Positions 14,646 through 27,435 of a DNA stretch of 64,000 nucleotides are shown one piece after another. A model generated the notes under the pieces. It searched no databases and was not told where the DNA came from. It saw nothing but the letters and a program-made list of their open reading frames with translations. Position numbers and translations under genes: made by a program. The stretch comes from the human T2T-CHM13v2.0 reference genome, Homo sapiens. The stretch lies in the NCBI RefSeq assembly GCF_009914755.1, contig NC_060932.1. One strand, given 5' to 3'. The first letter of the stretch is position 1; each line of letters starts with the position of its first letter.

Positions 14646-14873
14646 GGTCAACTTGAAATCTTAATTTTTCCTTTTTTTTTTTTTTAACTAGGACTGTATC
14701 CAAGATACAAAGTTTTCCAGGAGATTAGACACTTAGGACCTTTGATTTGATTTAATAGAGGACATTGTTATCAATGCATTAGTACTTAATTACCTCAAAA
14801 GAAAACTGTCAACCCAGGAACTAAAGTTTATCCATTTGGACTTACAAGATAACCTTTAATACCCCATTGCCAC

Positions 14874-15308
14874 TGTATCCGATGCTGTCAGAGGCCCACC
14901 TACATCTCCCCCTACACTCAGCATTTCAGTGCATACTGATAGAATTGTGCTATCACCTGCAAATACCTCTTTAGGGCACGCCAGAAGTGTGCAGGAGATA
15001 ACATATCTGGCTGAAACTTTCAATCCCTGACAGAGGGGATTTGGGATATAAATACTTCGACTTTCTCACCCACTGGTGGGGATAACCCTGAGGAATGTTC
15101 TTCAGGGTTCCACAGGACTCCTCTAAGGGACTTGTAACAGTTCCCCCCAAGAGTAACCTGTTCAGTGCTGTGCCTCTCTTGGCTTTCTTTCATGCCTCTA
15201 TTCTCAATTCCAGCTCTACTCCTGAGTTTCCTTGCTCACTTTCCAGGAACAGTTTGAATTCAAATTCTTCTCTCAGGCTCTGCTTCTGAGGGAAATCAGT
15301 CTAAGACA
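14874..15308 (+). mobile_element. ERVL solo LTR (LTR33-like)
   Basis: TGTATCCGATGCTGTCAG start and CTCAGGCTCTGCTTCTGAGGGAAATCAGTCTAAGACA end, typical of the LTR33/LTR16 class. Confidence 0.7.
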
Positions 15309-16062
15309 ATCCCAAATCACTTCTAGTCTCCTAATAGGCCAATGTGCCTTTCAGGGTCATCACTGGTACAGATGCTGAGGGCTGGCTCATTGTCTGTCGC
15401 TCCTAGATTCTAATGTTTTCAATCAGATAGAAAAGAGTATGACATTAAAGTTAGAAAAAAGGTATATGAGAATGGCCAATAAGTGGAGGGAAAGAGAGAT
15501 CATGTCATTTGTTTTCCATAAATGATGAATGATAGTATAGAATTTGTGAACAGGTGGTCTATAACAGGTATGAGTATAATTTGAGAAGACTACTCCTTAG
15601 TCACCCAGAAGTCTGCTATTATTGTTTCAGAATCACAGTGTTGGAACCTTTTTGCATAATTTGCTTCACTTTAACCTAATATCCATCTTTCTAAATCTGT
15701 CCATCTTTCTAAATCTCTAAGTAGTAGTCAACAGATTTATTCTCTCCCTCCATCTCATCACAAGAAAAGCCAAACACAAACACACACACACACACAAACA
15801 TTTTGTGTGTGACAACGCTTGAACAGACATTAAAAGTCTCTGTAAATATCCTTCAACAAATTCCAATGTTTATGAAGAACTAAATTTAGTCAAATTAATT
15901 TTTTGAAGATCTAAGTGAAGATAGAAGAGAAATCTAGATGAAGACTGAAGAACCAAAGTGAATATTAAAGAAAAGACAGAAAACTTGCCTTTTTTGCCCG
16001 CTAAATCACTGACTAGTAGTCAACAGATTTCTTTCCCCACCACCCCATCACAAAAAAAGCTG

Positions 16063-16098
<36 letters not shown>
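16063..16098. repeat. (CA)n microsatellite
   Basis: Direct read; a second CA tract lies at ~15774-15800. Confidence 0.95.
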
Positions 16099-16100
<2 letters not shown>

Positions 16101-16335
16101 TAATTAACAAAGGCTAACCAGGCCTCTTTTGAAGACTGCTTGACTTGAAATCCCAAAATTCAACCTATACTCTCATCACGTGTTTGTGTTGTGAGAATTC
16201 ATACTCATAACCACGAAAGTTCCTGAAGTTATGATACTGTTCAAATGACGGATGCTTGAACATTTGCTTAAAATTTTTAAAAATGAAACTTATATGTACA
16301 GATAATTTCCCTTTCTCTTGCTATCTGCATTTCAG

Positions 16336-16464
16336 TTTCCTGACTTTCTGAGAAGCCCTGGTTTCCCCAAAGAAGTGATTTCTGATAGAAATCTGAAGGT
16401 CATCTCCAAGAAAAAAGAGATCTAGTATAGTCAATGAATTAAAGACAAGAAGGTTTCCAATCAG
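16336..16464 (+). other. PKIA: PKIA non-coding 5'UTR exon (129 nt)
   Basis: Polypyrimidine tract + TTTCAG acceptor ending 16335; CAG|GTAGGA donor at 16465; unique sequence; length agrees with my recollection of the internal PKIA 5'UTR exon. Contains micro-uORF ATG AAT TAA (16434-16442). Confidence 0.8.
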
Positions 16465-17644
16465 GTAGGAACACTAATTCTCAAACATTTAATTACCTTA
16501 AAATAAGTATGCTGAGAACTGGTTATGGTGTGACTGTCTGAAACAATAAGTATCTAACCTACCCTACAAGGAACCTGTTCACAATCCCCTTGGAGGTTGT
16601 GATGTTTATCAGACAAAACCTTGGAGGGAAACTCATACAATAACAGCATGATGCTTTTTTCTATTTTTAGCTTGTTGTTACTAAGTACACTTAGTGAGCT
16701 CCATGCATGTGGTTTAATCCCAGGAGGTTAGGCCTGTGGAGCAGCAGATTAACCCTTTCAGTATTTTCTTTTAAAACAAATCATTTTCGTGGGTTGTCTC
16801 CGTGACCCTCTGTGAAGGTCATGAAAATTATGGGTCATGATGGCATTTAGTTCTTTAAGAGGAACAGTCCTAATGAATGATGTAAGGAAGTTGTTTTGGT
16901 TCCTATGGGGCACTTCTCATCTTGGTCTTGGGACAATCAAAGTGAGCACGTATAGGGAGTTGAAAGGGAGGTGAATGGAGCATGTGAAAGGGGAGCTCTG
17001 TTTTCATTTATCTATGCACATCAGCATCCCACTGAGAATTTTCTTTTCATTTGCAATTTAAGTCCAAAACTTGGGGCAAAAGGACATCCCATTTTATGGA
17101 AAGAAAAGAAAAAAACAGCAGTAACATCATAATAAGTGGCTCATCTTCTCATTTGCAGTTATATTAATATATACTTATTAATATATACATTTAGCACAGC
17201 ACTTGATCCCTAGTCAGTACTCAAAATGAAGACACATACTGAATAATGGATGAATGAAGAGAAAAAGTTTGTCCTTGGATTGCTTTGTGTGTTGGCTTCT
17301 GTAGTCTCAGAACCCAGTACTATAACTAACACATAAAATATGGGCCATAAATCTTTTTGAATTAATGAATAAGTCCCCATGATTCTAAGGACAATTATAA
17401 GACCAACACAAAACACATATTTGCCAAGGTCTGTGACAGAAGTATCTGTGACATGAAAGCCTGAATCTGAGTCTGCTGATATAGCTGACAATTTTTCTAG
17501 TTCTGAGACTGCTTTTTAATAATTTACATCTTATCCTTTACATTTAGGCATAGTACCTTCATTAGATGTACTATTCAATGATTAGTGCTTGGGGAGAAAA
17601 TCCATCAGATAAATTTCTTAACTATATTACTTGCAAACTTTTCT

Positions 17645-17867
17645 TTTCTTCAGATTTATAACTGATAACAGTAATTGTACATATTTATGGGGTATAGTGT
17701 GATGTTTAATGCATATATACATTGTATAATGATCAAATCAGGGTAATTGGTATATCCATCATTTTAAGCATTTATTATTTCTTTGTGGGGATAACATTCA
17801 AAATCTTCTCTTCTAGCTATGTTGAAATATACAATACATTGCTTTTTGCTATAGTCACCTTACTGTA
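17645..17867 (-). mobile_element. L1MA-type 3' end fragment
   Basis: AATTGTACATATTTATGGGGTA...AATGATCAAATCAGGGTAATT motif of L1MA 3' ends. Confidence 0.8.
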
Positions 17868-18639
17868 AAACATATTTGTTAAAGCATTTTTATAATGACA
17901 CAGTTAAGGGCAATTTCAGAATCACTAGCTGCTAAAATTGTTATTTATACTTTTCCATGGGTAGTACAGCTGCAGCAGCTATTTCTCTATATTCTGCTGT
18001 TGCTATCTGCTGCATTTCCAAGAGAGAACAAAATCCATTTCATTAAAGAAGGAAATGTAAAATTTAGCATAATCCAGTTACCACAAAACCAAAACACTCA
18101 CACACACTCTCCCAGGTGTGAAAGTGAACTAGTGATCTAAAATAGCACACTGAAACTGGTTTCAAAATAAGAGGACATTTACTCATATTTGATTATTTTA
18201 TTATTTTATCAATTATGATATTCAGATATACTTCTAATAACAATTCTGAATTGCTAGATGGAGCATTCACTATGCACAATTTTTGTCTTTGTATGTACTT
18301 ATCAATAAGCTACAAGATTGTCTCCCACACCTTATTCTTTTCCTGCATTCTCTTGGGAACAGGAGATGTAGCTATCATTTTTTTTAAAATTTCTACACAG
18401 CCAAAAGACTAGTATCACTTAAATAAAGACAGAAAATTGCCCCAAAGTAGGGAGCTTCATTAGGTAGCATAAAGTTCTCATGTGAGAAAGGAAGAATTTC
18501 TTTTCTTAGCTGAAAGTTCTCTAAGTACAAAATTTTCATAAATAAATGTATCTGTGGTTTTGGATTAGATCTCCTTCTCCACAATTAATGTCTAAGGGTT
18601 ATCTTCGGTAACCGGGAAATTTTTATTTTAAAAACATTA

Positions 18640-19900
18640 TTATATAGTATCTGATACATGCAAAGTAATGCATGCAAATCTGTTATATGTAAGTTATGAA
18701 ACATAATAAAAATAAACTCTTGCAAACACACCACCAAAACTAAGAACTGGAATCAACGCTGCAGAATCTTTCTTTGTGCTTTTCTCTGGTTCTTTTTTTG
18801 TCATAAAAAGTGTAACTCTGCTCTTGGTTTCATATTAACATTCATTTAATTTTTATGTATTTTTTATTAAGTATGGGTTGTTTTGTGGCTTATAAAATTG
18901 GCATCATACTTTCTGTAACTGTGTTTGCTTTTTTTTCACTCAACATTATTATGTTTCTAAGATATCTATTTTGTTTCAGCTAGTGTTTATTCATTGTTAT
19001 CACTGTATAATACAATGTTGTACAAATGTAAAAAATGTGTATATTATCCTGTTGATGTTATTTGAGTTGTTTTGGATCTATTCTTAACAATGTTTTATGA
19101 GCATGTATTTTAATGCCTCCTATTATACACGTGCAAGATTTATCTTAACATGTGTAACCACGATTAGAACTGCTGGGTCATGGGGAATTTGAATATTCAG
19201 CTTTAAAAGATAATGCCAAAATCTTTTTCAAAGTTACGCAAGTCAACTTTGAAACTCAAAGTAACTCAGTCAAGTTGCAGTCCTATGATTCTACAGCCTC
19301 ACCAGTTATATCAGCCAATCTAGTTAGTATAAAACCTCAATTGGTCTTTGTGCTAGTTTGCTAGGGCTGCCATAACAAAATATCACAGAGTCTATGGCTT
19401 CAGTAACAGATTTTATTTTTACACAGTTCTGGAGGTTAGAAGTCCAGAAAGGTGTTGGCAGGTTTAGTTTCTCCTGAGGCCTCTCTCCTTTACTTGAAGA
19501 CTACTGCCCTCCTGCTATGTCATCGCATGGCTTTTTCGCTGTTTGCACGCATCCCTGGAGTCTTTTTCTTCTTATAAGGAATCCAGTCATATTGGATTAG
19601 AGCCTCATGTTTAAGACCTTATTTAACCTAAATGACTTCTTTAAAGGGCCTATCTCCAAATGCAGTCACACTGAGGACTCAGGCTTCAACATATGAATTT
19701 CTGGGAAACATAATTCAGTCTCTAATAGTTTTAGTTTGCATTTCCCTAATTACCAATAGGTTGAAAATCTTTTCATCTGTTTAATAGTCACTATATTTCC
19801 TATTCTGGAAAATTCTGAAGAATATCTTATGTTCATTTTCTATTTATCTTTTCATACTTATTTCTCATTGTTATTTAAGTTCAATCAAGTTAAATAGGTT
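18640..19900 (-). mobile_element. Old L1ME-type fragment, interrupted by an MLT1A LTR
   Basis: AGAACTGCTGGGTCATGGG, GATAATGCCAAA and TTAGTTTGCATTTCCCTAATTAC, typical of the L1 ORF2-end antisense strand. Confidence 0.6.
19349..19727 (-). mobile_element. MLT1A-type MaLR solo LTR
   Basis: GCTAGGGCTGCCATAACAAAAT, CACAGTTCTGGAGG, GCTTCAACATATGAATTT; near-TSD GTCTT/GTTTT. Confidence 0.85.
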
Positions 19901-20009
19901 TTTGGAGCTTGAGCTTGTATCTACCATCTTGCTAATATTACCTGTTAATAAGAGTCGATTTTCTTAACAAAGAAGAATAAATGTAAAAAGTTTTTAAATG
20001 TTGTAGATC

Positions 20010-20215
20010 AACTCTGTTCCATAGAAGTTTCTGTGATAATGGGAATGCTCTCAGTGCTGTCTAACGTTGTATCCATTAGCCACGTGTTTTTTTGAAAAAA
20101 TAGATGTAAATAAAATAAAATAAAATTAAATTAAAATTTCAGCACCTGGGTCAAACTAGCCTGCATTTAAAGGGTTCAAAATCCACATGTGGCTAATGAG
20201 TGAACTGTGCAGCTT
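20010..20215. mobile_element. MER3/MER33-like hAT MITE
   Basis: ATAGAAGTTTCTGTGATAATGGGAATG...ATTAGCCACGTG...CCACATGTGGCTAAT internal inverted motifs. Confidence 0.6.
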
Positions 20216-20320
20216 TAGGTGGTTAGGCAATGGACCTCTACAGTCCCAGGATTTTGTCTTTGACAGTGGCATAGTGAGATATTTTATGTAACAGTTATTC
20301 TGGCATTAAAAAGAAAAGTT

Positions 20321-21043
20321 AACTACCATTAGACCCAACAATCACATTACTGGTTTTATATACCTAGAGGAATATAAATCATTCTATTATAAAGACACAT
20401 GCATACAAATGTTCTTTGCAGCACCATTCACAATAGCAAAGACATGGAATCAACCTAAATGCCCATCAATGATAGACTGGATAAAGAAAATGTGGTACAT
20501 ATACACCATGGAATAGTATGTAGCCATAAAAAAGAATGAGATAATGTCTTTTGTAGGAACATGGATGGAGTTGGAGGCCATCATCCTTTGCAAACTAATT
20601 CAAAAGGAGAAAATCAAATACCATATGTTCTCACTTTTTTTTAATTATACTTTAAGTTCTAGGGTACATGTGCACAACGTGCAGGTTTGTTATATATGTA
20701 TACATGTGCCATGTTGGTGTGCTGCACCCATTAACTCGTCATTTACATTAGGTATATCTCCTAATGCTATCACTCCCCTAACCATATGTTCTCACTTACA
20801 AGTGGGAGCTAAATGATGAGAATTCCTGAACACAAAGAAGGGAACAACAGACACTGGGGCCTTTTGAGGGTAGAGCGTGGGAGGAGGGGGAGGAGCAGAA
20901 AAGATAACTGTTGGATACTAGGCTTAGTACCTGGGTGGCAAAATAATCTATGAAACAAATCCCTTTGATATGAGTTTACCTATATAACAACCTGCACATG
21001 TACCACTGAACGTAAAATAAAAGTTTGAAAAAAAAAGAAAAAA
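20321..21043 (+). mobile_element. Older primate L1PA (PA13-like) 3' end with A tail, interrupted by a younger L1
   Basis: ORF2-end/3'UTR sequence (CAACCTAAATGCCCATCAATGATAGACTGGATAAAGAAAATGTGG), AATAAA and poly(A). Confidence 0.9.
20637..20780 (-). mobile_element. Young L1PA (PA3-PA5-like) 5'-truncated insertion with 17-bp TSD
   Basis: TTATACTTTAAGTTCTAGGGTACATGTGCACAACGTGCAGG; ACCATATGTTCTCACTT duplicated at 20620-20636 and 20781-20797. Confidence 0.92.
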
Positions 21044-22149
21044 AGTTAGTTAACCTGGTCATTTCTTACTTTTCAAAGTAACCTAACATAACTTTCATGA
21101 CATACCTAAATTTACTAAGTTGTATTCATATACGACTACAATTTATATACTAAACTACTTCTTGACATAAATGTTCACTTTGTAGTAAGGTTCATTCTCC
21201 CAAAACGGCACTTACCAAAGTATCAAGAGGTATCCTTATTCCTGATATGCTGTAATAGAATGAAGACCTTATCTGGTCTTTAGTGTAATTGGATGTTAAT
21301 CTGTACCAGTCTTCATATTCAAAAATTCATATTCAGAATTATCTGCTAGTCCCATGATGGCTGTCTTTGTTTCATTAAGCTAATATAAACATGTATAAAT
21401 AAAGTTTTGATTGTTTTCTCTCCTAAAATCTCCTATCTGTCCATGTGGAAATGTATCTCTTACTTTTTCCCCCTCTTATAAGCTGTTCTTACAATTTAAT
21501 CCTCATGAGTCTTATTTCTCCTAGTTCTAATTACTTAGAATTTTATTTTAAAATGTAAGATATCACTGGTAAGCCCCTTTTTAGTCATTTTATAGATGAC
21601 TTATAGATGGTTGGAAGATATTCAAGACAGTGTGTTAAAGTAATAAATAATACTCAGTAATCAGAAAACCTGAGTCTTAGTCTTCACCCATAAAAATGAA
21701 CCATGTGAATTCAAGTAAGTCATTTCATATGTAAACTTTATTCTGATTCTAAAATTGTTATGATCGTTTATGAAATTCTGTTTCACTTATGACAAGTCTC
21801 AAGCCTATTTTTAAAATCTATTTAAAAATTATGAAGACTCAAATATTTTCCCCTGAAATTGATATTAAACTGTAATCATTCATCTTCACTTACGGCATGC
21901 TGTAGCTGCAGTTGATAGACAAAATATTATGTCTCAACATTGTGTACTTGTATCTTAAATGAACACTTTTGTTTCAAATCATGTTCTACCTAAATTCTTG
22001 ATGCCTTTTTCACATTTCCAGTTCCTATGCTGTTACAATCAATCACTTGTAGTAGAAAAAAATCATTATTTTTTTCTGTTTGCTAAAAGCTCTCGTTAGA
22101 ATATCAAGTTTTAAGTTATTAATACAACAAACTTTGGAAAATAAGCTCT

Positions 22150-23050
22150 CATAATTTCCAACATTGATGCTTTGTTTGACTGGCTTTTAGAACACCATAC
22201 TCTCCTAGTTTTCTTCCTTTCTCACTTCACATTTCTTTCTGGTCTCCTTTGTGATGCCTCCATTTCTTAGTGTTTATTGCTAGAGTGCCCTAAAACTCAT
22301 TCTTGGCCCTCTACGGTTTTCTGTCTGTGCACATGAGTTTTATTCTAGTCCCATTGCTTCAATAGGCAGATGACTATGACTCCCATATTCATACCTCTAG
22401 CCTTCACCACTCTCCCAGGCTTGAGATTCATAATTCCCATTTCCCACTAAATATCTCTACTTTATATATCATAGACATTTCAGAATTAGCAAATACAATG
22501 AAATAGTTTACTTTTTTCTATCACTTTCACTCCAGTTGTTTCCATCTCCATTTGCTCAAGCCAAAAGCTTGGGATTCATCCCTAAACTTTCACTTTCCAA
22601 CAATTTCTACATGTAGTCCATAAGAAACTCTTTCCACCTCTAACTTTAAAATCTGTCCTGGATCCCTCTACCTCTCACCGTCTTCACCCTACAGCAAGCC
22701 ATCATTGCTTGCCTCACCTAGTGCAACAGGCAGTCTCTTACAGGATCTTCCTCCTTCCCCTCTTGCCACGGTCCTTCTAGTTTATAACAAGTACAATAGC
22801 CAGAATAATCTTCCAAAGAAATTTAAACCAGGTAACATTCCTGTCCAAAACCCTGGCTCCCATCACTTTTAAAATAAAAATTAAACTGCCTTCTTTGACC
22901 TACATGGCCTTAGTCAATGTTCCTTCTGCCTTACTGTCCAAACTCATTTACCACTTTCCCCCTCACACACTCGCCTCTAGAATGTTTTTCCCTAAAAGAC
23001 TTTTCCAGCATTAGGACCTTTGCACTTGTTATTTTCTGAACCTGGAAGAC
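22150..23050 (+). mobile_element. L2 LINE fragment
   Basis: Pyrimidine-rich L2-like blocks (CTCAAGCCAAAAGCTTGGGATTCATCC, GGACCTTTGCACTTG). Confidence 0.65.
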
Positions 23051-23271
23051 CTGTAAGATTCCTCAAAATAAGATCTCAGAAGATAGTTGCATTTTCATTT
23101 TGTGGAGGCATTTGGTGAGAGACATTTTGCGAAAGATAGATACATTTTACTTTGGAGGGTATTTACACGTTTAGCAATGAGCAAGTTTATTAAATAACAA
23201 ATGCAAAAGTGATAGAGCAAAGGTGTGTATTTTAAACAGAGAAATCTGAGGAATTGTAGACATGTGAGTTA

Positions 23272-23450
23272 CACCATGGCTTCAATATTTAATGCATAAG
23301 AATCACCTGAGTTGAGTTCCAGACAACCATTTCCACCCATAAAGATTCTGAACAGGAAATCAAGATGGCCTGGGGACATCCCTTTTGACAAGGTCTTCAG
23401 GTGATTCTGCTGCATATGGTTTACAGACAACCCTTTGAGAAATACCAAGC
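23272..23450. mobile_element. MER5-type hAT MITE
   Basis: TGCATAAGAATCACCTG...CAGGTGATTCTGCTGCA internal inverted pair and TTTGAGAAATAC end. Confidence 0.7.
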
Positions 23451-23979
23451 TGGTATATTTGTTCAGATAAACATGGGCTGGTGCAGAGCACCAGTGGTAT
23501 GCAATTGAGGACCAGCAGATTACATGAATCCTGAGTGGCAAAAGAGGAAGACAATCCAATAAAGACCACTACAGATACTATCCCAAGCACTCTTGGCATG
23601 GAGACTTGAAAATCCATTCATAGAAATGAACTGTTAATCATTGAATTGTGCTATATAATTTTTTAAGTTGCGAAGTATTAAAATATTTAGATAAATATTA
23701 TAAATTTTGTCACATATTGCTATAAAATGATGCATACATATGTCATAGGTATAAAGATACAGAGCATATAGATACAGATATGTAAAGAATATGTAATCTA
23801 GGCTTAATTATTTAGCTGATACTGCATATTGTCTTTATAACTTCCTAAAGAACCACTTCTAATATTCTCTAGGAAAAAATATTGTTTCTCTCCATTCTTT
23901 ACCACTTTCCTTTCCTCATCCTCTTCCTTGTCCTTTCCCTTCTTAAACAATTTAGTACAAAAGCCATTCGATGAGGCCT

Positions 23980-25545
23980 AGTAAGCCTTTGTCACCATGG
24001 GCAGGGTGGGTATACAGGGTATTGCAGAGGTTGGGCATTTGCTATTAAAGCCCAAGAAGTAGAAGGAGGGTGTCTGCACCGAGGAGCATAGTGTGAGCTG
24101 TTGAAAGTTATTGGAAGGAGAAGGACATCTACATGGGGAAGTGGCCACAGCAACCACTCAATACAGATAGTTATAGTCTGTGCTAGGTGGGGAGAATGTT
24201 ATAATGGGGTAGAAAAGTGGTAGCAACAATAATTTGTTAAAATACAGGGAGATTGATCTAATAAGTGCGAATATTAAAGATGAAGGTAATCAGTGTTTGT
24301 CACTGTCTGAGGAGGAAGTTGAAGTATGATATAGGCAAAAGCTAGAATGAACTCTGGTGCTGGATGAAAATGGGGGAATGAAAGTGCTGGTTTTCAATAT
24401 ATTTAGCAAATATAGAATTAAACATAGATGTAAGGTATATATGTGTGTGACTATATAACTGTAGATGAACGTGTTTTCACATGTATGTATGTATGTATGT
24501 CTACATACACATAAATCCCGTAGCTCAGTCTATTGCAAAGGCCTGGGACAGCTATTCCCCAATAACAGTGAGCAAACCTAGTGTCCAGATCTTGGTGTCT
24601 AGATACAATTCTCCTAGTGAAGGAACCAGAGCTTTCTGGAGAAATGGCTGATTCAGATCAGAGAAAGCATAAGATGACCCTAGAACATATTGTTCCAAGA
24701 AGCAAGAAACATATCAAAGAATGACAGAGAGATGTCAAAGGACATATTGGCCAAATTGAAAGGATTTCCCCTGGGCAAATCTCGAACAATCTGAGCTTCA
24801 AAATAAATAATAATAGAAACTCGTTGTAGTTAATTTAATAAAATGGTCAATGAGTTTATATCAATATAAATAAATTGAATACATTATGTTTGGTGAGAAA
24901 TAGGATATTTACATAAGCACAAAGTATCTTGCCACAAAATGTATTAATGTTAAAAAAGAAATAAATAACTTTACAGTGGAGAAGACTGGGTGGCACCTTT
25001 TAATCAAATGAGTAAAATTAGTATCCCAATAAGGGTACAAATTAAAAGTTTGCCCAAATTGTCTGTTGATAGGATGTGGTGAGAATAGAGCTTCACTGTG
25101 ATTTTCCTGCCAAAAAACACATCTTCTGAATCTAATCATGAGACAAACACAAACAGCTAAATCCTACAAAATAACTAGTCTGTATCTTTAAAGGTTTTAA
25201 GGCTATGAATTTCAAGGGAAATCCAAGAAAATGTACCAGATAAAAGAAACTAAGACAGGACAACTCAATGAAATGTGATTTTAGGCTAATCCTTTTGTTA
25301 TTAAGGGCATTATTGGGATAATTGACAAAACTTGAAGAAGTCTGAGGATTAGACAGTACTATAGTAATGTATCAGTGCTAATTGTCAGATTTTCTTGTTA
25401 ATATTTGGATATGTTTGTAGGAAGCGTTTGGGGTTGACAGGGCATTGTGTTGACAGCTTACTCTCAAATGGCTTGAGAAATAAGCCATTTTTACTGTCTT
25501 TTTTACTGTCATTTCAACGTTTTTGTAAGTGTGAGATCATATTTT
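23980..25545 (+). mobile_element. L1MC4/5-type 3' region
   Basis: CCTAGTGTCCAGATCTTGG, AAGGAACCAGAGCTTTCTGGAGAAATGGCTGATTC, ATAACTTTACAGTGGAGAA. Confidence 0.7.
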
Positions 25546-25745
25546 TAAAATTATGAACAAAAGACAAGTCATCCCTGAGTCAGATAATCCTTCTTCAGGC
25601 AGCTAGTACAGTTAAAAGCTGTTTACAATGGTAGTGGGCTTCTAGCCTAGTGGTGCTAATCTCTCTTGCTAATACCATGTAATCCCAGCAATATTTCGTG
25701 TTTTTTTTTTTTTTGAGGCTTTGGGATTTTTTTTCTAATGATGTT

Positions 25746-26106
25746 TGTATTAGTCCATTCTCACGCTGCTATAAGGACATACCCAGGACTGGGTAATTTA
25801 TGAAGGAAAGAGGTTTAACTGAGTCACAGTTCCACATTGCTGGAGAGGCCTCAGGAAACTTAAAATCATGGTGGAAGGCACCTCTTCACAGGGTGGCAGG
25901 AGAGAGAATGAGTGCAAGCAGGGGAAATGCCAGACACTTTTCAAACCATCAGATCTTGTGAGCACTCACTATCACGAGAACAGCATGGGGGGAACCAACA
26001 CCACGATTCAGTTACCTCCCTCTGGGTCCCTCCCACAACACGTGAGGATTATGGAATTACAATTCAAGATGTGATTTGGGTGGGAACACAAAGCCAAACT
26101 GTATCA
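25746..26106 (-). mobile_element. THE1D-type MaLR solo LTR
   Basis: TGTATTAGTCC...CCAAACTGTATCA termini; perfect 5-bp TSD ATGTT at 25741-25745 and 26107-26111. Confidence 0.9.
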
Positions 26107-27306
26107 ATGTTTTTGTTTTCTTTTGATGTTCTTACTGTACAAATGTCTATAAAATTAGTAAAGTTCTCTGTATTACAATAAAATCAACAAGATTCATGAG
26201 AATGAAAATACGTTCTTCAAGAACTTTATATATTTCTACCTGCACTCAAATTGGAATAAATGGGCATGAAATTCATAAGAAAAAACAGATCATAAGGAAC
26301 TTTCACACTCGCAAACTCAAAACAGTTGAACATGTTTACCCTGTAAGAGGGCGATGATAAAGCAGCAGGGTGACAATTATATATCCAAACAGAAATGCAA
26401 CCTTTTAAATCATCCATGTCAGGCCATGTAACAACTGGGCAATTCAGCAAACAAGTTCAAAAAAATTCCTGTTTTCAACAATTTCTCAACTCCACACTTA
26501 GAAAAATGAAAAACTTCTCTTTAACTCTCAGAAACCTGGGCACTTATTTAGTTAAAGCAAAGCTGTTGTCTACTGGCCTATACCTGGTTATAAATAGCAG
26601 CAAGACATGAGAAGACCCAGGGACACTGAATGAGCTTTCTAAATATAGGTTTTTCTTACTTCAAAGGCCTTTTAGAAGAATACCATACTTTGTGAAAACT
26701 TGCCCTTTATGAAGGGCACACAGACACTAAAGTCAGCAATTTTTAGACCTTGAAAAGTTTTGAAATATGTCTTTAGTTTGAGAACCCACATTTTGGAGGC
26801 ATGAAAACTGAAGTGCAGAGAAATTAATATTTTTCCCAACATCAGATGGCAAGCAAATATTGTAAAAATTATGGCACTGAAACCCCTGTCTTCTAGTCAA
26901 TTGAATGCAGCTTGTAACAGATTGCAGTAACTGCTTGTTTTCATTGCCCTCAAAACCACGTTCCTTCTATGCCTCATCCCTCTTGCTTTTGTGAGAGGCA
27001 TAATAGCATTACCTGCAAGTATTAGCTGTAAGAAATATTTTTCAATTTTACTTTTTTGTAAGTCTCGAAATGCTGTTTCTGTGTTAAAAATTGGTGAGAG
27101 CATTTTCCTTTCTTCTTTAAATGACTCTGCTTGCATTTGCAGTCTTTTACAGTTGAATTACTGTATAACAGTAAGTCTAAAAACACATTTTAGTAGAGGA
27201 GATTATAGTTGGAGACAGCAAGGTGGGGACTGGAGTTGTCATACCTTAGAGGGAGGTGGGAAAGAGACAATGTTGGCTTGACCTAATCTATTATAACCTT
27301 CCTTAA

Positions 27307-27435
27307 CCCATTTATGCCTAGTGTTCCATTATCGGAACGGTAAGTTTGTGGGAGTCATTTATATCCCACTGCTCAAAGTCATCACCAAAATCTGATTTTT
27401 CAAAAAAGAAATTTGCAACCTCTGGCATCAATGGG
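27307..27435 (+). mobile_element. MER85 piggyBac-derived MITE
   Basis: TTAA|CCCATTTATGCC...GGCATCAATGGG|CTAA terminal inverted repeats with TTAA-type target site; internal GTTCCATTATCGGAAC quasi-palindrome. Confidence 0.88.

Noticed and set aside
2923-26597. MEF2-like sites (CTATTTATAG 2923, TTAAAAATAG 3602, CTATTTTTAG 16661, TTATAAATAG 26588)
   Set aside because: Attractive for a muscle/brain gene, but YTAWWWWTAR is expected many times by chance in 64 kb of AT-rich DNA.
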